Assembly: GCA_030390025.1 (NCBI GenBank)
Contig: CM059431.1
Location: 113,090,001-113,154,000 of the forward strand
Direction: 5' to 3'
Source: Squalus acanthias
Lineage: Eukaryota
Length of the DNA stretch: 64,000 nt
Shown: positions 49,650-63,254 of the stretch, piece after piece
Layout: every line of letters starts with the position of its first letter
Numbering within the stretch: the stretch's first letter is position 1
Made by a program: the position numbers and the translations under genes
The notes under the pieces: generated by a model
Seen by the model: the letters and a program-made list of their open reading frames with translations, nothing else
Database searches by the model: none
Told to the model about the DNA's origin: nothing

Positions 49650-52600
49650 ATTCTCTCTGGATATAACAAACAACATAAGGGAAGATTCTGCGGTGTAATT
49701 GCTGCAGGGTTCTTGCTCTCAACAGGGGGGCCCTCGAGCGTTCAGTTAACAATATGCAAATACAGTACATATCAAGAGTGTTGTGGATTCTTCCTCTGTC
49801 ATGCTGCACCAAGGTTTCAGTGAATTGATGTTATGATCCATTGTAAGGCAAGATTAAACAAAATTGACTTGCCGTTCCGTTGGGAATCATCTTCTCCTCC
49901 GGTTCAGTGCAGCCCTTAATCTTTTTTGCCGCCTCCACTCGAGCTGCTGTGGTGCTGATATTGAATGGAGGGCATCCCTCCACTCCAAAAAGGACCACCC
50001 TTCATCGCAAGGCATCCCGCAGCACCGCTAAAGCTGCTTCATTGACTGGAATAGTTCTAATGCATCGTCTTGCTGCAGCCCCCCGCCGCCCCTCCCCTTC
50101 AGTTGTAAGAGAGCTTTCAGAGCTACTGCGCCTTGTAACCTGCTCCTTAACCCAGATGCACAGCCAGTGTGCCATGCACCATGCACAGTAATGGTGTGGT
50201 AATGAGCTGACCTCGCATTATAGTGGAGCGTCAGCTCTCGGTGCTGCAGGTATGAATTGTGTCGGCAGCAGCAGCCCCAGTGCCTTTGCATTGTGATTGC
50301 ATTTGATGGCCCTAAAACATTTTTCATGGAGCTGTAATTATGAGCATTGTGAGAAGGAGGAACCTGCATTTATACACGAGGAAAATTAATAAAATATTTT
50401 AAATGGGTTTAGATTGCTTTGCCCAATATTTTTTTTTTTCCTTCTCTGTACTGATCTCCTACCATGGTCCATACCATGATGAAAGGGCTGAATTATTTGC
50501 CACTCATGTGGGTTTTTTTTTCCAGCTTCTTCTAAATCTGTGTAAGCAGGGAGGTGTTTTCAAATGATGGACCTGATGAGAGAAGTTTCTACTGTGAATA
50601 GCCTGGGGAATGCTGGACCACATACTGGGCACGAAATTAAAGGGAGTTGTGGAATTAATTGTTCTCGCCTTGGAAGCTATAAGTTTTTTTTTAATTTAAA
50701 AAAAAAAGGAACTGAATTTAGCCCGTGCTCAAATTAGATCTCATTAATACTGTCATGCACGTTTGCTTCCTGCAGAAGCTCCATTCTCTCCCTGGTTGCT
50801 TCTCCCAGCTGAGAAAGTTTTACATAGAATTACATAAAGTCTAGCACAGAAACAGGCCGTTCGGCCCAACTGGTCCATGCCGGTGTTTATACTCCACACG
50901 AGCCTCCTCCCACCCCTCTTCATCTAATCCTATCAGCTTATCCCTCTATTACTTTATCCCTCGTGCTTATTTAGCTTCCCCTTAAATGCATCTATGCTAT
51001 GTTTTTGAGCCAAGCTGAACGTCAATGTGCCTATAAAGTGATATAATGAATGCCATTGGAGTTCGCATCAGTTTTCCTGGACTAGGGAAGCAAAAAATCA
51101 GCAAGGATTCCTAATCTCGACCACTATCTGGTGACTCCTACAAGAGTATATGTGTGTGTGTGTGGACATTGAGGGAGGATGGGATTGGACTCAACTGTGA
51201 TATACCCAGTGGAAGAATAGGTTGTTGACGCTGCTATTTAAGTTCATACATGAAGACTGGCTAGTTGGGCAAGGCACTGGCGGGCTGACATACAACCATA
51301 CAAGTTAGCACCTTTACGGAAGAACAAATGAAAGAAAATTATATTATGCAAAATTATAGTATTCTACATTAATTTTTATGGTAGTTCAAAATTTAATTCC
51401 AAAATTCTAGCAATATATATGACCTCCAGTCCTGTTGTAGTGCATTGGCTGATTTACTACATCTTGGTCTCATTGCCCTTTGACCCAGCAGGGAAAACCA
51501 GCTTTGTCTGAAATTCCCCTCTCTGCTATTCCAGTGGAAGCTCTAACCTATTTAAAATGAACGGGTCAATTCCTCTGCTGAAACATCAGGGAAATTTCAG
51601 ACTAACATAATTAAGCATTCGTGTGCTATTATTCTGTACCATAATGTCAGAGTGACAGTTTCTTCATGTCTCTGAAAAGTTCAGCTAACCATCTCCGCTG
51701 ACCTTAAATGGAACTCCTTCATCCCGTCCATTGCAAATCCTCCTAGAAACTCCGTTTCCTCTTTTGTGCCAAATACTATACTTACTTTCTCTCAGCGACT
51801 TTTAACTTTCTCTGAAGCCCAAGTCTATCTTAAGACTTTAATATTGCTGTCAGGTTTGGGACTGAGGGCGCTTCTGACACCTCTTACTTTACTGAGCAGG
51901 ATTTAATTAAAAAGGAGATTGTCTGATGATCATTCCCTTTCTCATCTCTGGCCTCCAATTTCCTCAGTCAAAACCATTTTTTATCTCCCTCTCTCATCGA
52001 TGCATTTGTGGTCAGTGGTCCTCTGAAGCTCCCCCTCTTGTTCTTCCTAGTCTGCAAATATACCATCCTACCCACTCTTCTTCATCCCTGTATTGTCATT
52101 GTGCATAATTCTGTTGTAGGAAAAGACCTGGTTCACCCTATAAAGATGATATGATTTCTGGCACCAACAGCACAGCTGCACATTGGCTGTTAGCTCTCTC
52201 TTATGGGGCACTGAGGCCTACAGAGCACGTGATGGGCATTGCATCTAACAAGCTGACCTGGCAGCGCATAACCCGCATGTAGCCTGTGCAGCAGTTGTGC
52301 ATCTGGCTCATTAAGACCCCAATTCACAAGCAAATTGGGCAATGTCCCCATAATGCAACTAGAGCACCTGAACTGGCTAAGAATATACAAGGATTGGGCA
52401 CTTGGATAAAGCAGTAGAGACAAACGCCTTGGAATTATTTAAGAAACAATTGAATTCCACAATGAGCAATTCCGAGTCGTACAGAATTAACCATTACTTA
52501 GTGAACCAAGGTTGGTGAGTTATGGGAAATCAGTGACGTGCCCATTGATATTTCAATACAGTTTACAGTCCCCAGGCTTAAATTGTGCGAGACATCAATT

Positions 52601-53259
52601 CTTATTACAATTGCCTTGGGTTTTACCTTGTTTTTCTGCTGTCTAATATCCAGAAATTCATTAATTAAGATTCCATTCTGTAGTCGAATATGGATGCTTT
52701 ATAGCATGTTAGTGTAGCCACTGCTGCAATCATTTGTTTGTAATAAATGGTGAGTATGGAAGCTGTGAATTAATTTGCGTTATGTTGAAAGCTTAATGAC
52801 TGTAGCATTGTATTTGGGGAAAATTAGATACTAGACATTGCAAGTTGCGATGAATACTGTTTACTGTGATCAAAATGTTTGCTATTTATTGCATTCACAG
52901 AATTTGGAACATTTATGTGGTAAATTTTATGATTCAGTGTTCCTGGTGCAGAGCAGTGGGACCTAGTTTTGATAGACCAATCATTAGGCCGCGATCAGAC
53001 ACGCTAACCCCGAATTCCCAATCTGTAATCTGGCTGTGCGAAGCTCTGTGCTGGACACACTAAGCACAGAACGTCACATGCCAGAAGTACATATCAGAAA
53101 ATTGGGCATCTGCTGCCCATGATTTTTCATCTATTTAAATGAATGGATATTAAATTGTGGGCAACACCCACCCTGTTTTCTGATTTTTGTATACCTGAAG
53201 CTCTATGCTGGGAGCAGTACTACTATGACTAAATTCCTGTTCAGCGGCGACGATGGGGC

Positions 53260-54560
53260 TGAATAAATTCACTCCTCTATTGTCGGTTCTGAACTAGCCT
53301 GGCCGCCTCGGCCATCTGTATCCCTTTCGGTGACAAGTCACTCTTGACACTGTCTATCCAGCGTTTCCTTGATCTTCCTTGCCGCCTTGTTCCATGTACC
53401 TCTGTGTGCAGGGCCATGAAAGGTATCCCAGCTCTTTCCATTCATGAAACGTGCCCAAACCGTCGCAGTCGTCTTTCTTGGATCTTCTGTGCAAGCTATG
53501 TTTCTTGTCCATGTTGTTCTTGTATCATTCTTGATTCTTTGCACCCCGGATACTCCAGTACTCCTCTCGACCAACTCCCCTCTGCTGTTAGTATGTTTTG
53601 CTTGTCAACCTTTCTTATGATCCAGCGTGCTGATCCGTATAATAATATGGAGATAATCATCGCTTCATAAACGCTTACCTTTTATTTTTACCAAAATATC
53701 TTCAGCCTTCCCTATCCTGCTTAATCTTCCATAAACGAGTCCAGTCCTTTTGATGTCTGTTTCACAACTCCCATTCTCTGACACTAACCCAGCAAGGTAT
53801 ACAAACTTATTCAACTGTGTCCCCTCTAACCGTATTGTGTAAATCTTCCTGATGCTTCACAATGACATAACTCTTGTCTTTGTGCGGACCTGTAAATCCA
53901 AATGTTCTACTCTCCACGTACACCTCATCAGTTGGCCTCTGCAAATCTGTTTTAGATGTTGTTATAAGGTCAGTGTCATCAGCAGATCCGAGATTGTTTA
54001 AAATCTTGCCACGTAAGGATGCACCTCCAATATCATCTTCAAGTGCAAGATTCATTACTGCTTTCGGTACTAGATCAAATAAATCAGGCGACAGTGTGCA
54101 TCCTTGTCTCACCCCAACTGTTGGTCTAAACCATTCTGTTAGTTTCCTATCTAATCTAACAGTGCTCAGCGATTTGTTATCGATGTTTTCTATCAGTCTG
54201 ACAAGTTTCTCTGAAATACCATACATCCTCAAGACATGCCATATCACTTCTCGCCAGACACTGTCAAAGGCCTGCTTAAAATCTATGAAATTGTTGTAAC
54301 AATGGATGTTGTGTTCTATAAATTTCTCTGAAATCTGTCTTGTCACAAACAGTAGATCTATCCTACTTCGTCCGTCCTGATCTAAAACCAGCTTGTCCTT
54401 CATGCAGTGCCACTTCTACATATCTTTTCATTCTCCTCTGCAGTATGTTTGTAAATACTTATGTGGGTAAACTCAGTAAGCAGATTCCTCTGTAGTGGCT
54501 GCATTGACTCTGGTCTCCTTTCTTTGAAGCTTGGTATTATCACCATGCCCCAGGTTTCAG
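53260..54560 (-). mobile_element. RTE-clade LINE RT fragment
   Basis: ORF 53807..54403(-): FIDFKQAFDSVWRE...GVRQGCTLSPDLF...NNL.SADD; a WLD-containing RTE-type C-terminal region near 53340-53420. Confidence 0.85.
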
Positions 54561-55329
54561 CTACGTGTCCTTCACAAATTTTGCTAGGAGGACTAAAGAT
54601 GAAAAATTGATCCTTTACATTTTCAGATATATTTTCAGCACAGTAAGGCCAACAATTAATTGTTGAAACATTGTACAATGTCATCTTTGATGCTTGGTGG
54701 GGGTGGGGGGTGGGGGGTGGGGGTGGTAGTTATTTATAATGTAATTTTTAACAGATAAATGCCAGATACTATAGTATAGATTTTGCAATGCTACGGCCAC
54801 AGCGCAGAGCATCACTGGTGTCAGAAAAGTGGGCGATAAAGACACCATGCCTGATTCGCGGTGCCTTTGTTGTGGCAGCAACATTTTCACATTTTTTTGG
54901 ATGTTGTACTGCTTGCAAATGGATGCCATGCTGGATAACTCCTCTTTTTGCCCTATGTTCTCCTCCGCAGTGCAGCTCCCCCCCGCCCCACCCCCCCCCC
55001 CCCAGGATACACACACAAGGGGCACGAGTGTTTGTTTGGCTTGGCCTTTCGAAGTTTGCTTCTTTAAAGATGTAATGAAGTTTTGAATGTTTCTTTCCCC
55101 CACTTTATAGCTAGCTTCACCTGCATTTTCATTATTGCGTTACTTCCTGTATGCACCTTTTTTTTTTGCACTGTAGAACTTTTATTTATCGCTCCTGTTT
55201 CTTCAGTAATCTCACTTGTAGTTGCAATTTCACTTCCACTGAGAATGCCAATTTCTTGGTGAGTTCCAGTGGTGCTCCAAGAGTTGGAAGAGGAATTCAT
55301 AAGGGGACAAGAAAAGGTCATGACACCTC

Positions 55330-55760
55330 GGGCTGTGAGCGCAAATTTGTAAAATCTTTCCTAATGTATGTACCTGTTCGTAACACATTTATAGACCCGG
55401 GCAGTCCTACCTGGACATCACAGATGGGAACTCTCTTTGTTGTTTCCACTCTCACTGAGTTGTACCATACTCTCAAGGCTACGCTGCAGGAAACATCTGC
55501 CCTTGGGATAGCTCTTCCTGTAGATGTGAATGTCAGTATTGCGCTCAGCTTTTATGCCGCCAGACCCTTCCTAGCCACCACTGGTGATGTATGCCCAATC
55601 AATCAGTCATCTGTCCACAGGATGCATCAAGTAAGAGACTGGCCTGTTTGAAAGAGGCAACCTGTTCATAATTTTTCCTGAAGAAAAATGGCATCAGTCC
55701 AACAGGGCACAGGACCTTTCCTGGGTGGCAAGAGTTTCCAAGATTGCTGGGCTTTGTGCA
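55330..55760 (+). pseudogene. Second decayed HARBI1-like Harbinger transposase fragment
   Basis: LTELYHTL...ALPVDVNVSIALSFYA...ATTGDVCPINQSSVH parallels the 33600-33770 transposase segment. Confidence 0.7.
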
Positions 55761-56154
55761 TCACACCCTTATAGCCATCTGAGGGACGTAAGGCGTCTAC
55801 AGGTTTAAGTTCCTGGGACAGAATGAGTTAATGTGCATCTTTATTCCTTTATTTGTCCCATTGTTGAAAGCAAATATTTGGGACGTAGCATCAGCATTGC
55901 GACGTAAAAACATATGTGCTTCTTTACTTGCAATATAACTGCTATAAATGTAAGCTGAGACAAAAGCCTAACTTTACCATTAACTCTAGCCGGCAGGGCA
56001 TTATGTAAATTCTAGTCACCACAGAACGCAATTGTCTGAGTAAATGTTAAGATATTCCAAACGTTGTGACTTTTGTGACCAGATATGTAAATGTTTCTAG
56101 TAAAGGTTAAGAATTGTATCATTTTTCACACTGAACTATGCATGTGGATATTTT

Positions 56155-56287
56155 CTGACAAAAAAGGTCATCGACCTGAACCGTTAACTCTGTTTCTCTC
56201 TCCACAGATGCTGCCTGACCTGCTGTGTATTTCCAGCATTTTCTGTTTTTATTTCAGATTTCCAGCATCCGCAGTATTTTGCTTTTG
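56155..56287 (+). mobile_element. Penelope-like family P1 terminus with degenerate hammerhead
   Basis: ctgacaaaaaaggtcatcgacctgaaccgttaactctg...gcatccgcagtattttgctttt. Confidence 0.75.
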
Positions 56288-56544
56288 GATATCTTCCATA
56301 TGGGTTGAGGGCTTGTTGCTGAGCATGCTCAGCTTGCATAATAGTAAACATGTTTCTATTTTAAATATATAGAAACTGCAACCTATTATTTTAGGACCTA
56401 GGAAACATCAGAACTCTGTGATGCTAGTATTGGACTGGAATTGTAAGTCAGCAGTAAGAGGCTTGCTTATGTAGCAGGCATGAGTGAAGCGCATTACATA
56501 CCATCACCTCATTGCATTGCCACGGTTGCCGTGGGTGTTTGTGT

Positions 56545-57007
56545 AAGAAAGACTTGCATTTATATAGCGCCTTTCACGACCACCGGACGTCTCAAAGCAC
56601 TTTACAGCCAATGAAGTACTTTTGAAGTGGAGTCACTGTTGTAATGTGGGAAACGCGGCAGCCAATTTGCGCACAGCAAGGTCCCACAAACAGCAATCTG
56701 ATGATGACCAGATAATCTGTTTTTGTTATGTTGGTTGAGGGATAAATATTGGCCAAGACACCGGGAATAACTCCCCTGCTCTTCTTCGAAATAATGTCAT
56801 GGGATCTTTTACGTCCACCTGAGAGAGCAGACGGGGCCTCGGTTTAACATCTCATCCGAAAGATGGCACCTCCGACAGTGCAGCACTCCCTCAGCACTGC
56901 ACTGGAGTGTCAGCCTAGATTTATGTGCTCAAGTCCCTGGAGTGGGACTTGAATCCACAACCTTCTGACTCAGAGGCGAGTGCGCCGCCCACTGAGCCAC
57001 AGCTGAC
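56545..57007 (-). mobile_element. tRNA-derived SINE, full length
   Basis: Minus-strand head gtcagctgtggctcagtgg...ggattcaagtccc, central domain and tail all intact. Confidence 0.9.
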
Positions 57008-58899
57008 GCATACTGTGCGCTGAAACTTGAATGCCATCTTTTTCATGTTCATGCTGCACAATTTCAGTGGAGTCTGAGCTTTGAGAAAAAACATCAAAGT
57101 GCCCAACACATGCAGCAAGTAAAGGAAAGCTGTGCATGTTTTAAGTCCCGTCACCATTGGTACAAGGGTCAAACAAGCCAGTCAGTATGGGGTGATGTAA
57201 ATGAATGCTGTGACATTGTGACATACATTGGAATTTGGGAAATTATGTTGCCTCCGGCTCTTGAACTGGAGTCAAAATAGTGGTTCAGCAGAGATGATTT
57301 AGCAGAATTGGAGAAGTAATTGGCTTCTCAATTCGATGTTTTTTTTGTGCTGAATCTGTGTTACTGTTGGGAGTAAATTTGGCACAAGACTCAATGCTAG
57401 TGACATCAGGAACTGGCGTACAATAGGCATAGTTAAGAAAGTCAGTGAAGTGGAGACATAAAATGTCACCCAGAAATATTAAATAGATTAACTGTGTTAA
57501 GATTACAGGGTGTTCAGAATGTGTGTATATGTAAGCATTGGGGCCACTTTGCGTCAAAAATATTAATGCTTTGCTCGAGCATAATAATTGGAGTATTATA
57601 TAAGTAAGCACAAGAGAAAATGGAATAGTCTTGTTCGGCACAACTGTCGCGTTTCAGGATCTGGACCCCTAAATCCTGCTGCTCCAACACAGCTCCTCGT
57701 GTCTCGCCATTAAGAAAATACTCTGATTACCCTTTCTTGGATCCACAGTGGGTGACCTCACACTTCCCCACATTGAACTCCATCTGTCACAGTTTTGATC
57801 ACCTCAGTTAACAGGAACAATCATCCAAACGGGAAACAGTCTCTTCACTTTCCACTTGGTGTGGGGGCGGGGCACCGGAGGATTGACGTGCTGGGCGACC
57901 AATGGCGGGAAGGTGGGGCGGGGCAGTTGCGGCGGGAGTTTTCTTTGTGCCTATTTTTAAGTTGGTTTTTTAAAAGAAAAAAACTGCCACATCTTGTCTT
58001 TTTCTGACTTCATTTTATATTTTAAATTGTCCAGTGACTAATTGCATAGATTACATAGAATATACAGCGCAGAAACAGGCCATTCGGCCCAACCAGCCCA
58101 TGCCAGCGTTTATGCTCCTCCCATCCTTCCTCATCTAACTCTATCAGCATAATCCTCTATTCCCTTTTCTCTCATCTGTTTATCTAGCGTCTGCTTAAAT
58201 GCATCTAAACTATTCTTATGCATGTGGCTGGGCATCACTAGCAAGATTTACCCATGGTCTTTATATTAGACAGCTGACTGCAGTTTAGTGATGCAGACAC
58301 AATTGCAGAATGATGTGGTAAATCTTGGCATAATAATTGCAGTTGTGGAGGCTGTCACTGTATGGTTACTGCAGTATAATACAGCTGACTTTTAAACAAG
58401 GCTATTATTATAGCGATATTACAGAAATGCAGAATGTAGGACACCGCTTTCTGTGTATGTGCTGGGGTATAATGGTTTTGGGGGAAAGCACTGCTGCAAT
58501 TTCTGGGTCATCTATTTTTGTTGCAATCTCAAGTCAAGAGATTTATACATGTAATGATTGTCTTGTTACGTTCTGCACAGTTACTGTTTACACTGTAGAT
58601 GTAAGAATCATTTTAATTGGCAAGGTTCAATTCTCTTCCTACAGAAATACATTAAATTCTTTCAGCAATCAAAGCTGCCTTAACTACCAATAGTATTGTA
58701 AGTTATTATACCTATGTACCTTAAAACTGCTTTGGTCATCATTAGATTCTTGTATCTCTGTCATGTGACTCCTGCACCTTGGTTCCTGACAATGCTCTAT
58801 ATGCTATGTATGACACACTCCCTGTAACTTGAATCTTGTCTTAACTTGCACATTGCTTGTGTTCAAAAGCTCCTGTTGTAATTAGAATGGAGTGTTGGA

Positions 58900-59182
58900 T
58901 GCAGCAAGACCTGGATGACATTCAGGCTTGGGCTGATAAGTGGCAAGTAATATTCGCACCATACAAGTGCCAGGCAATGATTATCTCCAACAAGAGAGAG
59001 TCTAACCACCACCTCTTGACATTCAACGGCATTACCATCGCCGAATCCCCCACTATCAACATCCTGGGGAGGTCACCATTGACCAGAAACTTAACTGGAC
59101 CAACCAATAAATACTGAGGCTACAAGAGCAGGTCAGAGGCTGGGTATTCTGTGGTGAGTGACTCACCTCCTGACTCCCCAGA
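58900..59182 (+). mobile_element. CR1-group LINE ORF2 fragment (post-RT)
   Basis: MQQDLDDIQAWADKWQVIFAPYKCQAMIIS...TINILG. Confidence 0.8.
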
Positions 59183-60439
59183 ATCTTCCTTTTTTTTATT
59201 AAAGGGTGAAAATCTGAGGGAATTTTCTGGGAGTTGAGGACATATCCTGGGAATTCTCTTTGTTTTAAAAAAAATGGTAAAATCGCAGGGGGTTGAGGAT
59301 GATGGAAGGGCGAGTGTTAAAGTGTCTCAGTTTAAAAAAAAATCTCGGTGGTGGGGGGTGTTTGCAGGAGAATGAATTTTTGTTTTAAAAAAAAACTGAG
59401 GAAAGCTTTGCACATTTGTGGTCCTGGTTATATCAGGATAGATTTGCTTTGTTGGCAGTACTAGTGAGGACATCATTGAGGACCATCGAAAGATTAGGCC
59501 TACAATTCGCGAATAGACAAAGCCTGGCATTTTCCAGCTGGACTGTGTTGATGTTATAGGAGGCTCTTCTACTGGTGAAACCCTCACCTAAGGGTTTAAA
59601 AATGATTTAAACTTACTTAATTAGCTGCTCCCCGTGACTTCCTGAGAATTGCCCAACAAAATATGCTAATAGCATTGTATGCCCGCCTGAAGTGGATGTA
59701 TTTGAGAAGTTACTGCTTGACCTTTTGACAACTGGGGCGGGCAGGAGGGAAATGGGACAGGAATCTGGACCTCTCCTGATTTCAGGCAGGATTGTAGAGG
59801 AAAATTCAGCCCTTGCTCCCTACTTCTCTTAATTCAAAGTTGCTTAATTCGAGTGGTCCACTCTGCCGCTCACCTTGGCCTAGGGAGAGGACAAATCGTT
59901 CTGGGTGCTGATTCCCCGATCAGCATCCGGCGACTCCTGCTGCAAAGTGTGCATGGGTTGATATTGGGTAACGATGGGATCGGGCTCCGCTGTGATGCCC
60001 CTGCTGTTGAATAGCCTGTGGACGCTCATGTGGACAAGGCATTGGATGGTGACGAGCACCTCAGTCAGTGCTTTCAGGAGTAGTGGAGAGAAAGTAAGTG
60101 ATAAAAGCATTTCATCCTCTCCGGGTAGAAGGAAGCTCTAGCCTGGCCTATTCAGAAGCCTGGTGTTCATTGTCACTTTTCCAAGAATAAATTTGAATAC
60201 CGAGTTTTGTTGAATTTATAAATTATTGGTAAATTTATAAAACTTCATTGTGTACACATGCCACCCTGGATCTTAGAGTTGGAAACCATGTGATTATAGT
60301 TGGCTGCTGGCATTGAATATAATACTGCATGAAGCTACTCCACGCTGTAATGTATATACATTATTGTTTTTTTAAGTTAACGCTTCAAGCAGAGCTTTGT
60401 CAAATCTAATTCTGTGTCTTTGCTTCTTTCCCTCAAAAG

Positions 60440-60589
60440 CCAATCGATGGAAAAGCCTCTTTTCGAGTTCTTACACTTCTGGCCTTCCATGTAGCCCGTT
60501 TGCAGGGTATAGTCCATATACCAATGGGTTTAGCTCTCAAAGCCTCTACAAACCTGTTACTAAACAATTACTAATCCCTGAAAGAACAG
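60440..60589 (+). CDS. SLAIN1: SLAIN-family coding exon 3 (150 nt, phase 1-1)
   Basis: Pyrimidine tract then cctcaaaag|CC, donor ACAG|gtagag. In frame after exon 2: (A)NRWKSLFSSSYTSGLPCSPFAGYSPYTNGFSSQSLYKPVTKQLLIPERT(G). Resembles the recalled SLAIN2 segment SYTSPYSP..SPYSSGF...P.VKQLILPGNSG. Confidence 0.8.
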
Positions 60590-62888
60590 GTAGAGTATAA
60601 AACTGGAACAGCTTGAATATGTTTGTTGCTATTAATGTGAGCATTGCACATGTACTGCTACCTGCATGCACCGCTTAACATAATTCTATGAAGGAAAACC
60701 TGGGTAATCTGTGAAAAATCTCGTCTGTTTGGATTAAGATTTCGGTAACAAAAAAGTGAAATTTGATGAATATCTTCTCTAGAGATACTCGCGATGACGA
60801 AGCACCATAGAAAGATATTCGGTAGTGATGATAAGGTTAATGTCCTTGTTTCTAAGATTTTTCCTGAGGGAAAACGACTCCAGATATGCACAGTCTTAAA
60901 TGTGTTAAATTGGCTTTGATTATAACCATTGTGGATGTTGCTACTACTGTAGGCATAGCAGCCAATTTAATTACTGCCTCGTTCCTCCCCCACTCCCTAA
61001 AATAGGGACTTTAAAGAGCTCCTTCTGTTATTTTTTTTCAGCATTTTCTGGGCAGGTATCTGATCAGCAAGGACACAATGTGAGAAATTGAAGCTAAATC
61101 AATTCACGTTGGGGAATACTAGCACAATGCATTTGTCTGAAATCCCCTCACTCATTCATCTGAAATGTCTTTGTCCACTCTTTTAGGCGAGGCATTAACC
61201 CATTTATTTATGTTGAATAGGCTAGAATAGCGGAGGAAAGATGTTCAGATAAAAACATTTGAAGTGCTCGTATGCCGTTATCCCACGAAGTAATTTCAAG
61301 GCCTAAGCTTGCTATACTTTACACCCGATTAATAATTACCATTATCTGAACTGAAGATGATACTTGCTGTTTGTATTGAAAATGTTGCTGACTCTCACCA
61401 GTGTCGTTTTACACTCGTGTTTTGTTTTCTGGCTGACTTGAGTTTTTTTTTTATTGAGAGACTTTGGAAAAGGGCCAAAGCTCATATTGTACGGCACCAC
61501 AAAAATTTGAAAAGAGTAGGGGATAAGAAGATGAACAAGAATCAGTGGTTAAATGATATTAAACTTGGGTTTAAAAAGCCTATAGATTGTAAGATAAGAG
61601 TTGACGGAGGTAAGGAATTCCACAGTTTGAAGTCCTTGGAAAGAATAGGGCTGATTTTTCTCTGTCCTGCTCCCAAATATCATCTGAAGAAGGATGCAAT
61701 GCAGAGAACAAATGAGCACTAATCCTTTGCTGCCATTCTGCTCCTGAGTTGTACGACACCCAAATTTCCTACCTGGCTTTTCTGGTGTTTGCACCTGAAG
61801 ATGTTTACGTTTCATTCACATGAACACCAGAGACCTCTGCATTCAGGATTACCCTAATAGCATTGAATGCAGATCAGGAGCAAACTGTCCCCAGGAAAAT
61901 CTGTTGCGACTACTTCTAGAACTGCCATTTCAGTGCCATCTGTCTTCAGGGTATTGTCAAAAAAAGGTCTTTTGGCGCTTTGAATAAAAATGTTTTTGCT
62001 GCTTCTGTACTTGTTGCAGAATATTTTAGATTTAGTGATGAGGGCCATGTTCAGTATAGTGCCACCCTCTCCCCTCTTGCAATGTGACTCATTTAGAGAC
62101 AAGCGAGGGGATACAACCACAAGTCCCCTTGTTACCTGTTGAAGTCATTCACCTGTGCCTCTCCTGAACCACTAACAATTCTTTTCCTACCACAGTATAG
62201 GAATCCCTGCGCCCCTTGATCTTACACCTGTTCTACGCCACCTAGAATAAATAGAGAAGACTCCCAATAAAGCCAGCACCTTCCTCCTATTCCTGCACCA
62301 TCATTTTTCATACCTACACTTGCTTTCCCTGCTCCTCCACCTACTACCTGGCACCGCTGTGCTGCCCTTTAACCATCTCCCACCAAAGCAGACTGTTGGG
62401 GCACGTGGACTCCTGCTTGGAGTACTGCTGCCATCCCAGCCATGGCACAGCAGCACTCGTTCACAGGGGCACAATCCTTATACACGAAGACCACCAATAT
62501 GCAAATTACAGCATCTGGTGCACACACATTAAATTACAAACTTGTCACAATTCATCAAAATCTGGTACTATAAAATACTGCTGCATTATCTTTTTAAAAA
62601 AAGACTTTCATGGGCCATTCATTTTACTTGCCCCTTTAACAATGCTGCTGCCTTTAAAGCTCAGGCAGCATCAGGACTTAATCTGGGGATCTTCATAGTA
62701 CCAATAGAGCATCTCCAGCAGTGTCCGATGTCTGCCCTCTCCATGATAACCAGGTCCAGCAGGAAATCCTACAGCTAATCTTCCATGAGCATAGTGCGCC
62801 TCTTGTACACTGCGCCGGCATTGCTTTCAGTCAATGCCTGGAATGGAAGATCAGCCCTAATGCGTTCGCTTAGGAGATCGTACAATGA

Positions 62889-63254
62889 TTGTTCTCCTTA
62901 GAGCAGAGATGGTTAAGGGGAGATTTGATTTGAGGTGTTCAAAATCTTGAAGGGTTTTGATAGAGTAAATAAGGAGAAACTGTTTCCACTGGTAGAAGGG
63001 TCAGTAACCAGAGGAAACAGATTTAAAGTAATTGACAAAAGAACCAGAGGAGAGACAAGGAGAATTTGTTTTACGCAGCGAGTTGTTGTGATCTGGAATG
63101 CACTGCCTGAGGGTGGTGGAAGCAGATTCAATAGTAACTTTCAAAAGGGAATTGTATAAATACTTGAAGGGGATAAAATTGCAGGGCTATGGGGAAAGAG
63201 CAATGGGTTGAATGGTCTCCTTCTGTGCTGTAAGATTCTATGATTCTATTCTAT
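62889..63254 (+). mobile_element. CR1 LINE 3' fragment
   Basis: FKILKGFDRVNKEKLFPL...FTQRVVVIWNALP; attctatg tail. Confidence 0.88.

Noticed and set aside
62280..62800. Possible third Harbinger transposase remnant
   Set aside because: Only a vague resemblance; I could not read diagnostic motifs.
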